Position numbers and translations under genes: made by a program. A DNA stretch of 52,623 nt, the filler included, from Stramenopiles sp. TOSAG23-3 (Eukaryota), in assembly GCA_900128585.1 (NCBI GenBank). It is 4 parts of 4 records of this genome, joined end to end, with 100 filler letters (N's around TTAATTAATTAA, not from the genome) between each part and the next. Parts side by side here need not be neighbours in the genome. Positions count along the whole stretch, not along the records: positions 1 to 24,141 come from LT642310.1; 3 more parts are not named here. One strand, 5' to 3'. The notes under the pieces were generated by a model. That model saw nothing but the letters and a program-made list of their open reading frames with translations, ran no database searches and had not been told where the DNA came from. Shown here one piece after another: positions 1 to 9,748 of this stretch. How positions within the stretch are numbered: position 1 is the stretch's first letter; each line of letters opens with the position of its first letter.

Positions 1-356
1 CGTATTTCTTGATTTGAGGATCAATAGGATACAGTGTTTGCTCCGTTTTTCATTTCTCAGTCTAACGTCCCTGAACCCGTCTGCGTTGTCGTTACTTTGC
101 AAATATGCCGTGGCCAAACATTAAATGTGATCTGAATTACAAGGAAAGGTGCGCAGGCATAATTTACAGCAAAGACTTTGCAACATTTTGTAAAGCGAAT
201 AGGCGCCTTGCTCCAAAGAAAAGGAGAGAAGTCGGCACCACGGGCGTCTGTTGGACTTGTGCAAATGCCGAGCGAACTGAAGTTAGGGACGCTAGACTGA
301 GAAATGAAAAACGGAGCAAACACTGTATCCTATTGATCCTCAAATCAAGAAATACG
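1..356. repeat. Inverted repeat (64-bp perfect arms 1-64 / 293-356, imperfectly extending about 12 bp inward)
   Basis: 1-64 is the exact reverse complement of 293-356. The left arm runs off the window edge. Confidence 0.9.
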
Positions 357-517
357 ATCGACCGTTTGCTGTGAAGATCCGGCAGTTTCAAGCTGTTATT
401 AAGCAGTGCTGGAGCGATGAAAACCTGTACCAAGAGTTCTAAGCCTTACTACTTTTTTCTTGAAAGACCACGTAGTTTGAAGTTTGAAACAATAATTTTA
501 ATAAAAGTATAGTATAC

Positions 518-543
518 NNNNNNNNNNNNNNNNNNNNNNNNNN
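518..543. other. Scaffold gap (26 N)
   Basis: Run of N. Confidence 1.
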
Positions 544-1012
544 ATGGCAATTTATTCCTATGCAGAATAAAATTTATCTGTGAGATCGAAGATCGAACTC
601 GTACTTAAGACAAATGTATTTTTGGTATAAATTTACCTATTAAGAAGAATACCAAAATTCTGTTCGATGAAAAGTTACCTGTACCTCACTCAAAATTAGA
701 TCAGTTTTACAATTGGGATAATCTTGAGAGTCTTAAAACATACTATATCATTAGTTTTTTTTTATAATTTGTTTTTTCAAACTCATTACCAATCATTCTT
801 TCATAAAGCGTTGCAACAGAAAACGAGCACCTTTAAAGCATTATAGTCACTGTTTATTAGCCAATTGGAGTCTTGACCAGAAATTGGGAAGGATCTGCAA
901 CTGGAGGAGATTTGGTTCTTGAATTGACCCCCCCCCCCCCCTCGTCTCTTTTTATACATATTTAAAATACCTTAATAACAGACAATATTTTTTTCTAAAT
1001 TACCGCCATCTA

Positions 1013-1543
1013 ATGTTCATAATCAATTACGGCAAAAAAACAATATCACCCGGTTTATCCGGTAGTTCGTCTTCTGCAATCGATGGACAGGGACTCGTGA
1101 GCGCTGATAAGGATTGTTTAAGCAAACCTACGCAAAACGAAGCACAGCAGCACCCAACCGCCCACATCACCCCCACCAAGCAAAACAACAACAAACGAGT
1201 ATTTAGCCCACGGCCAAAAGAATCAATATACCCCGGTTTACCCGTTAATTCGTCTCCTTTGTATGCGGGAAATGCCTAGGCAAGAATGAGACGCACCGAA
1301 GCAAATGGTTTACTTCTGACACCGAAACAGACTAGACCAGAAGACAAAGACATATCTCCTTCAACCTATTTTCTGGATGAACTATGGGGTAACTTCAATC
1401 CGAGTTACAGTCCATTGGAAGATGTCCCCCCTTATGTCACAGCCCCTGGCGACTTTTCTAAGGAAATTAAAGATTTCTTTATGAACAGGGAAATATCACT
1501 TATAAGAAGGAGGTTTCATCTACAAGCAGAAAATTCGAATTGA
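1013..1543 (+). pseudogene. Possible interrupted ORF of unknown function (in-frame TAG at 1277-1279)
   Basis: ORFs 1013-1279 and 1286-1543 are in the same frame, separated by one TAG. The region is GC-richer than its flanks. No family recognised. Confidence 0.25.
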
Positions 1544-2613
1544 ATCACAGGCAAGCTTACTGTTAGTTTCATAAGTTACGAAAATTTTTAAGTTACAGAT
1601 AGGATATGTCGGGGTTTTAGGTTTCCCCCAACACGGTGGTTTAGTTTTATTGTTGGTTTAATGGGTGTTAGAAGACAAATATTGATTTTTGATGAACGTT
1701 CACAAAAGCAAAAAGATAAAGAAAAGTAACTTGAGTGGTTTTCAATCGAATGGAAACATTTTACTTGATAATCAAGAAAAAAATAATTAGGGTTGTCCTA
1801 AAACAAATAGTAGGATAATGGTGAGTCAAAGGAGTTTAGAACACAATTATTAATTGTAGTGAACATTCACAAAATTGACAATATAAAAGAAGATTGAGAG
1901 AGAAAAAGAAGATTAACCTGAGTGGTTTCCAATGGAAACTACTTGGTAACTTAGATAAACTGATTTTGCTTTTTTTCAATCAAATTAATGACAACCTGTT
2001 AGCAATGCAATTAGAACAAAAACTATATTTAAGGACATAATTAACAACAATAATAATACAATATTATACTCCTTAATTAGTGAATAAGTAACAGGGACAC
2101 ACTGTCAATGTTTAGTAAATTTTTTTAAGAAAAGAACAGAAAAATCGTAGTCGTTTTTTATTTAGGCCCCCTAGGATTTAATTAACGACACCCATTTCCC
2201 CTATCAATCAATCTCTTATTGGCACCTAAAATAATTTAAAATCAAACCAAATAATGCCAATACAAACTAAACCAGCTTAACCAAATCCGAAATTTCAGTT
2301 TTTCTCCCCCTTCTAGACGCGAGGCGAGGACTCTAAATAATCCCAGATCTTACGCCAGCTCTGAAGGGACTCCTCGATATAAATATTAAGGTTTAAATTA
2401 TAATATAATTATTTTTAAAAAAAAATTTGGAATCTAATTACAGTATCAAATTTGGAAACCTTAACTAAAAGAAACCCGGATACATGAAACATTGGGAACC
2501 AGCTGGTGTAGGGGGTAATTGCAACCATTAATAAAGTGCTTCATCGACACAGCATTGCAAACAAAACGAAAAAGAAAAAAAATAGCATGCTTATATGCTG
2601 TGTTCATTTTAAC

Positions 2614-2716
2614 AAATTGATATAGACACAGCAAAGTGTGTTGGTAATAAATTGCATATAGGCACAGCAAGGTGTTTTTGTAATAAATTGTATATAGACA
2701 CAGCAAGGCGTGTTTG
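2614..2716 (+). repeat. Tandem minisatellite, about 3 x 36 bp
   Basis: Units aaattg(y)atatagrcacagcaargygtkttkgt repeated head-to-tail with no spacers. Confidence 0.85.
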
Positions 2717-4309
2717 TCAAAAAAACAACAACTACAACTACAATATGAAATGAATAACTCAAAGGGGCGTCTCGTGGGTGACATACAAGTACTCATACTT
2801 TGTGTGGCTCACGCTCTTCAACAGCTTGTTGTTGCCACAAAAGCAGGTCTCTCTTCGTTCAAGATTTCTTTTTTTAGAACCTATTCTTATGTAAAACCCA
2901 CCACGTGTCTTCGACAATTCATTTTCATTTGTTTTCTTTTAAGGAACGTAAAGTTTCCAAACGAATGGTTGTCAGCATGCAAGAAATAGATCTGTTGTTC
3001 TGTGTTTCCTTCACTGGGCAATATTATTCATAATATTATAAACACAATCTTTGGCTTCATTTTCCTTTTAGCTTCCATTTTTCTTTCATCTCATGGTGTA
3101 GCATATTCTTTTTGTGATTAGTGCAGAGGACGAGTCTTGAATAAATTGGTGTGTACCTGTAGTCAGGCGTTTTCGTTCTCTTGATCCGTTCCGGCTGACA
3201 ATGGAACATCCATTAAACGACATGCGTCCGGCACAAAAAATAAACTCGGTTTGTGTCATTTTCGTTGCGGCTTCTTTAAGGACTATGCACACATTTGCTT
3301 TGATGGGAATCATGCACTTGTAAAATTGACTTTGGGTCAGTTTTGGTATAAACTTTGTTGGTACATACAAATTTCTGACAGTTTAACAATAAAATTTAGT
3401 ATAGAGACACCCAACAGACGCCAAATTGCAAAGTTAACGCTAAATAACAGGACAGCAAAAAAGTGAATGGAGCACTAACTTCGTTTTTCATTTTGTAGAA
3501 GTTGGTTCTACTTGAAATACTATTAATAATAAAACAAAACACTGCCTTTTTGCCCAAAACTGTTTGTATGTGTACTTTCGGGGAGTACCTGGGCTACTGT
3601 TACATATTCGGAGTGGGAATGGAAGGAGGAAGGAGAATGTATTTTTATGATAATTGATCCCCAATAATAATATTTTTGGGTCATCCACCCAACTATTTAA
3701 AAATGAAGTACACAATATAGATTTATCATATAGGTAAATAATATTTTTAGACTATCACGATATCTTGGTCGGGGGGGCTCCACCTTAATTTAGCACTTGG
3801 ACTCTGTTCCATCCATTTGTTTGAAAAAAAAAATATTTTATTTTTACACTGAAAAAGGAACAACTCCTCGAGCATTTTCGGCAGTGTTGTATCCTATCAA
3901 TACTATGCATTGAATGCTATTCCTATGTATTTCGTATCAGGAATAGCTGCGAAAAAAGTAACAGTGCCCAGAACCCAGAGTTCCTTAGTCGTCTGGTAGG
4001 ATGACAACAAATAATGAAGATCGATCTCTGTGAAAAAAAAGTTTCCTACTCCGTATTTTATTTTCACCGCAATACCCTGCTGTGTGAGATGTATTTATTT
4101 CGGCGATTCAGGATCATTCTCAATACACTGCGTACCTGTTTCTTCCTCATTATTACAATGTAACTGAACTCATTTTGCTTTTCCGTACGTGCATTTTCGT
4201 TCCCACCGTTCAAAATGATTTAATCTCTAACTCCCTTGCCTTTACAACACCAGGAAAATCATCACAACAAACCATCTATCCCGAGCCCAACACAAAACAA
4301 CTCATTAAT

Positions 4310-7273
4310 ATGTCTTTGCTTCAGCAAGTAAACGATCGTGGAGTAACAATCGCTTGGAGTCCTGGACGACAAGAACGACAGTTTTTGGCAGCAGGCACAA
4401 AAGAGGGAGCGGGTGGCGCTTTTGGTGATTATGGCGGCAAGCTGGAAATCTATTCCATGAATTCCATATTAGAGGGTCAAACAAAGGAACCGGTCGGGTG
4501 TGTGGAGACAAAAATGAAATTTGAAAGTCTGTCTTGGAGTTCCTTTAATGCAGGCAATACGTCAGGGTTTGGATCAGGAATATTGGCCTCTGGTATGACA
4601 GACGGTACAATTTCAATATGGGACCCCAGTAAAATTATTTCAAAACGTTCTAATGAGAGCCTAGTCGCAGACATTCCAACTCATAAAAGCAAAGTTTCTT
4701 CAGTGCAATTTAATCCACATCAACAGGGCTCACAGCTTCTTGCATCAGGGGGGGTGGACTCCGAAGTGTACATTGTCGACTTAGGCCGTCCAGACAAGCC
4801 GAATGTATATACACCGGGGGAAGGAACTCAAAAATCTCATGACTCGCCAATTTCTAATTTGTCTTGGAATAATCAAGTAATTCATATTTTAGCTTCTGCT
4901 GATGTCAGTGGTTCTTGTATCGTGTGGGATTTGCGGCAAAAACGCCCTTGGTGCGAACTGCAGGACCCGCGAGGCATGGCATTTTCTAGTATTGAATGGA
5001 ATCCAGCTGGTTCGTCGCATGTGCTGCTCATGACTGCAACTCTTAATGACCCCGTAATTAAAATATGGGATCTTCGAAAAAGCACAATAACACCTATGAT
5101 AGAATTGGGACACCAACACGGTCATACCAAAGGCATACTTGACACTGCATGGTGCTACCACGATGAAGGACTCGTGTTGTCATCGGGGAAGGATAACAGA
5201 ACATTAATGTGGGATTTATACGAGTGTTCAGTCATTCATGAAATTGAAAGTTCTTTAAACATATCAAAAGGGGACGGCGAACAAAACATTTTTAATCGCG
5301 GCGCGTCGTTGGGCTCGGGCACGAATGACTCTATTTTCCTACGTGGCAGCAATCAGAGCTCAATCGGCAATTTTGACATTGGTGCAGTAAGCTGTGAAGG
5401 TATCAGAGAGATCTGTTGGTCTCCGTCCACACCTGGGATCTTCGCTGCATGCACCTTCGGTCGCAACTTGCAGTCTTTCTGTGTGAGTGCACAAACATGC
5501 GGTTCGCGTAGCCCAAAATGGTTACAGCGCCCTTGTGGTATATCTTTCGGGCTCGGGGGTAAAGTCGCTGTTTTTGATTTGTCAAGCAATAAAGTTAACA
5601 TTCGCAGTTCTGCTACGAGTTATCCCAGCAATAACATAGCATTACTACAAGCATTGCGAAGCGGGCAATATGACGTTTTTTTTGCTCAAAAGATTAAAAA
5701 ATGTACGACTAATCATTCAATAAATACGTGGAACTTTATGAAGATATTGTTGGGAGCAAACCCAAAAGAAGACCTTTTGGCATATTTGAGCAACAACAAA
5801 AATATTTTTTCAGATTTTGTAAAAACAGGTGATTTAAATAAGACTGCATTTGAAAACAATAATGAGCATGAAAAACCACTTACAACTTCAATTCAAAATT
5901 CTGGTTTGAATACAGTAAATATTGATGATACTGAAATCAGGAAACAGTTTGCTGTTCGAAACTTCAAAACAGCCATAGACTTATGCCTGCAAAATTCTTT
6001 GTTTTCTGAAGCGTTTGTGATTGCGTCCTTTGCAGACCCTGAAAAGACTATTGGTCTGTGGGATGAGGTACAGAGAAAATTCTTTCGTAGCCGAACTGGT
6101 CCGTTGAATACAATTTTGTCTTCGGTCGTTTCTAAGGATTTTAATTACTTGGACATTTCATGTGACCTAAATCTGGGAGAAATATTAACAATATTCTGTT
6201 CGTTTTCCGAAGGAAACTCATTTCATTCTCAGTGCGATAAGCTGGGAAGTCGTCTGGAAGAGATAAGTACAGATCCAGCAAGTCTCTTCTTTTTGTGTGC
6301 AAAAAATGCAGCAAAAGTGTTGGAGATATGGTGTGGTGATGTGACAACTGGGGTATATGGTGTTGATGAATTTGCGCACCGTGTATTGTTTTTGCGAATG
6401 TTGACAGGCTATGATCAATTTGATGAATCTGCTTCATCGAATATAATCGCTTTCGTGACCAATTTAGTATCAAATTCACAATTAGAGCTAGCCTACAAAA
6501 TAGTTTGTTCATTGGGCAAGTTGGTTCCAACGTTTTCGCCTCTTCGTTTCCGGTTGTACTGGGCCCAAAGTAATCCGGGGACAGAGCAACCCCCAGACCC
6601 CTTTCGCCACCTTAGCGCTAGCCTAGCTAATCTGAATGCCACTGAAGATATTTTAGTGAAAGAGGGTAATATGGACTTGGGTAAGAATTCGTCTCTGGCG
6701 ACTCAAGTATACGAAGGGGTATTCGAAAAGGCATCGCGTCAAACTGTTAACGGACCACGTGCTTTTGTTGGTAACCAGCTTGAAAAGACGAAACTGGATA
6801 AGTATAGGAAAGATGGTTTTATTACGACGGTTGGAAATGCAGCCTTAAGTGCAAAATACGGGAACCATGGCGCAATACTAACAGAACCGGAGTCACCATT
6901 AATGCCCGAACTTAATTCGAGCAAAGTCCAAGTCGTCCCTGTTGAGCTGAACTGCATTATTGAAGCCCTGAAAGTGCTGCATGGGCTGTTATTGAAAGTA
7001 GGCCTTAAGGGTATCATGGCAAAAAAAGTTTCTGATGTAAAAAAGGCGGAAGATGTGCTACAAACTAAATTAGCACACAATAAGCTATCTCCTCGAATTT
7101 GTGAAACATTAGTAACAATATCTGATAGTATTTTTTCTCAAAAATATCAATCTGCTTTGCAAATGCTGCAGCCGCTGCTTTCAAACTCGTGGGCAGATCA
7201 CAAAGACTGGCTAAAGCCTTTGAAATCGTCCCTACAATTAAGCCAAAAAGTATTGCAGAACCTAAACTTATAA
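4310..7273 (+). CDS. SEC31: COPII outer-coat protein Sec31
   Basis: N-terminal WD40 propeller (TIAWSPG, LAAGT, LASGMTDGTISIWDP, VQFNPH, SWNNQVIHILASA, VWDLRQKR, IKIWDLR), Sec31 linker PKWLQRPCGISFGLGGK, alpha-solenoid and a helical C-terminus ending in W..HKDW. Start placed at the first ATG (4310, MSLLQQV) rather than the TTG at 4175. Confidence 0.92.
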   Translation: MSLLQQVNDRGVTIAWSPGRQERQFLAAGTKEGAGGAFGDYGGKLEIYSMNSILEGQTKEPVGCVETKMKFESLSWSSFNAGNTSGFGSGILASGMTDGTISIWDPSKIISKRSNESLVADIPTHKSKVSSVQFNPHQQGSQLLASGGVDSEVYIVDLGRPDKPNVYTPGEGTQKSHDSPISNLSWNNQVIHILASADVSGSCIVWDLRQKRPWCELQDPRGMAFSSIEWNPAGSSHVLLMTATLNDPVIKIWDLRKSTITPMIELGHQHGHTKGILDTAWCYHDEGLVLSSGKDNRTLMWDLYECSVIHEIESSLNISKGDGEQNIFNRGASLGSGTNDSIFLRGSNQSSIGNFDIGAVSCEGIREICWSPSTPGIFAACTFGRNLQSFCVSAQTCGSRSPKWLQRPCGISFGLGGKVAVFDLSSNKVNIRSSATSYPSNNIALLQALRSGQYDVFFAQKIKKCTTNHSINTWNFMKILLGANPKEDLLAYLSNNKNIFSDFVKTGDLNKTAFENNNEHEKPLTTSIQNSGLNTVNIDDTEIRKQFAVRNFKTAIDLCLQNSLFSEAFVIASFADPEKTIGLWDEVQRKFFRSRTGPLNTILSSVVSKDFNYLDISCDLNLGEILTIFCSFSEGNSFHSQCDKLGSRLEEISTDPASLFFLCAKNAAKVLEIWCGDVTTGVYGVDEFAHRVLFLRMLTGYDQFDESASSNIIAFVTNLVSNSQLELAYKIVCSLGKLVPTFSPLRFRLYWAQSNPGTEQPPDPFRHLSASLANLNATEDILVKEGNMDLGKNSSLATQVYEGVFEKASRQTVNGPRAFVGNQLEKTKLDKYRKDGFITTVGNAALSAKYGNHGAILTEPESPLMPELNSSKVQVVPVELNCIIEALKVLHGLLLKVGLKGIMAKKVSDVKKAEDVLQTKLAHNKLSPRICETLVTISDSIFSQKYQSALQMLQPLLSNSWADHKDWLKPLKSSLQLSQKVLQNLNL

Positions 7274-7691
7274 TTCCGCTTTGTAAAAGGACAGCATTAT
7301 TCTTCAAGAAGGAATTTGAAATTGACTCTAAGGCAATTTTATGAATAGTTCCACAGGATGTTCCAGGATTTTTGGTTTCCCCCAACACGGTGGTTTAGTC
7401 TTTTGTTTTTAGGAAAAAGTCTACACCTACACCGTTCTCATTTTCACTACGAACTTATATTTGAAAAAAACACAAACTTATATTTGAATATATAATTATA
7501 TTTTGAAGTAGTCTAGTATTTGATTTAAAATGAGAGTCTTAAAACATACTATATATTTTGTTTTTTTAATTATATTTTATATGATATCATAGTATAGAAA
7601 ACGTATTAATAAAAACAAATTATATACGCCATTAATATAGTATGCGTTCTTCTCCAGGCAACTCTGTTTGGACATTTTAAATCTCAACAGA

Positions 7692-7933
7692 AAAACAGGT
7701 AATAGGAGCCAAAAGAAAATCGAAAAAATACTAACTTGGGTTTTTTTTTCTTTCCAACTACGGTCGTCCGATTTAAATGACTACTACTACACTAAGGTAC
7801 AGTCAGTAGTCGTCTACTATAAATACCAAATAAAAAAAAATAATATATCGAGTAGAAGTCATTTAAATCTGGAAAGTCGGAAGAAAAAAACACCTAAGTT
7901 TTTTTTCGATTTTCTTATTTTGCCTCCTGTTTC
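7692..7933. repeat. Degenerate fold-back (MITE-like) element, arms about 7692-7788 / 7851-7933; third partial arm at about 8135-8192
   Basis: The right-arm reverse complement (aaacaggaggcaaaataagaaaatcgaaaaaaaacttaggtg...gatttaaatgacttctact) aligns with the left arm (aaacaggtaataggagccaaaagaaaatcgaaaaaatactaacttggg...gatttaaatgactactact). Confidence 0.7.
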
Positions 7934-8540
7934 TCACGTGTTGTTTATTGAATTAATTAAATATTTTTTAGAATAAAACGTGAGAAAAAAAATTACATGG
8001 ATGGGTACTTGTATTTATCTCTGAGGGATCTTGTTTTTCTTCTAATTGTAGTGTAGAGCATTTTACAAGTACTTAAATAAGCATTATTAGATAGTGAATG
8101 GAAAATCTGTTCGGACATCAATTCTCAAAAAACAAGACAGGTAATAGCAGGCAAAATAAGAAAATAGAAAAAATACTACTTTTTTTCCGACTGTTTTTTG
8201 TCGGATAATTTTAAAGAAATGTGAGGTGGCTTTTACTTGATATAAGTTAGGTGTAATGTACTGAAGTTACTCCACGAACCTTTCTACTCGTTTTCTACCT
8301 CTTGTCACTCTGAACGTATGTGAAGTGTGTTCCACAAGTGTGGTTCGTTCGATCGACTCTATTTGTTCTTCCATCATCATCGACATGATACTAATTCTTG
8401 CTCATTGCGTCACAATCAGTAGAGGTCATCACTTGATATCGATGGCTCACTTAAGGTAGTCGATCGACGTATCTTAGGTTTCATGTACAACTTGACAGTT
8501 GGGATTCTTTATTATATTTTTAATGAGCTATTTACAAATG

Positions 8541-9411
8541 CACCACTTTTTGTTGACACTTTAGGGTTATCAATAGGGTAGTAATAAAATTGAAATATGT
8601 TATAATATTCCTTAACATATTAAGGATATAATGTAAATGGCTAACTACAACAGAATGAGCAAGATCCTGGAAGTCTGGTGTCATCCAATTCATACAAATT
8701 TAGTTAAACTGAAAAGAAAACATTTTCAAGCATGCGCATCTCTAAAACTGTTTCTTGTATACAACCAAACTTTGTGTCTACTATAAAGAGCACGCACAGG
8801 GCTTTTCTTTTCTTTTTGTTTCGCGGTCAAAGTGTAATCAACGGCAAAGAAAGAGTGACTTGAAGATCGATCAAAGGTAAACTAACAATACCAATTTACC
8901 CCATCTTCAAGCGTGCGTATCTCTTAGACTGTTTCTCGTATACAACCAAACTTCGTGTCTACGATAAAGAGCACACGCAGGGCTTTTATTTTCTTTTTGT
9001 TTAGCGGCCAAAGTGTAATCAACGGCGAATATCGATCAAAGAACCTGGGTACTTGAGCGAATGTAAAACGTCCATAATTCTAAATTTATTAACACATTAT
9101 ATATATATTAAATATTATATCAACTTAAATCTGTACTACTCCTAATTCTTGTGTGCTGTGCTGAACCTGGCTGCTTGTGGATGTTTTTTTCCCGCACATT
9201 ATACACATACAAACTGTTTTTTCCTTTCCTGTTTTTTTGTTGACAACTGTCTCGTATGGACCATGTTTTGGTGGTTCATTATTATTGATATCAACATAGA
9301 GTGGAAGAAGAGTTTATTATATAGTATTGGCATTAAGATAATTAATATTAAGGACAAAAGTAAAAACATATTACCCTATTGATAACCCTAAAGTGTCAAC
9401 AAAAAGTGGTG
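8541..9411. mobile_element. Non-autonomous DNA transposon (MITE), 871 bp, CAC...GTG ends, 4-bp TSD; Chapaev/CMC-like signature
   Basis: Perfect 40-bp TIRs at 8541-8580 and 9372-9411 (CACCACTTTTTGTTGACACTTTAGGGTTATCAATAGGGTA), flanked by direct AATG at 8537-8540 and 9412-9415. No transposase ORF inside. Confidence 0.85.
8721..9029 (+). repeat. Internal direct duplication in the MITE (128 bp; 8721-8848 and 8902-9029)
   Basis: Ungapped alignment with 14 mismatches in 128 bp. Confidence 0.9.
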
Positions 9412-9748
9412 AATGTAGCTCATTTTTAATTGTCAGTCGGTCTACTTATACAGTGATAATATGTCAATACAATCAAATTATTTTTTATTTATTATTATTA
9501 TTTTAGTTAGTCGGTCTAGTCTTCTAGACGACTATTAAAAAAAAAAAAAAGCATTCTTTTTTTTCAGGTAAAAATCACTTGAACTGCGTATGTTATGTAA
9601 AATCAAAAGTAGCGTTTGAAGTCACACGATGCAGTTACAAACAGTCGCTGTAATACGCGCCATAAGTGTGCTGATGTTAATAGTCTCTTTAAAAAGTCAC
9701 TTGATCGGTGAAACTATCTGATAACGGACAAAAATCAACTCGTTATTA

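Noticed and set aside
2614-2716. 36-bp repeats as a CRISPR array
   Set aside because: The units are contiguous with no unique spacers, there are no cas genes, and the context is eukaryotic.
2760-3470. Short ORFs as a possible transposase remnant
   Set aside because: The frames are broken by many stops and I recognised no DDE, RT or zinc-finger motif.
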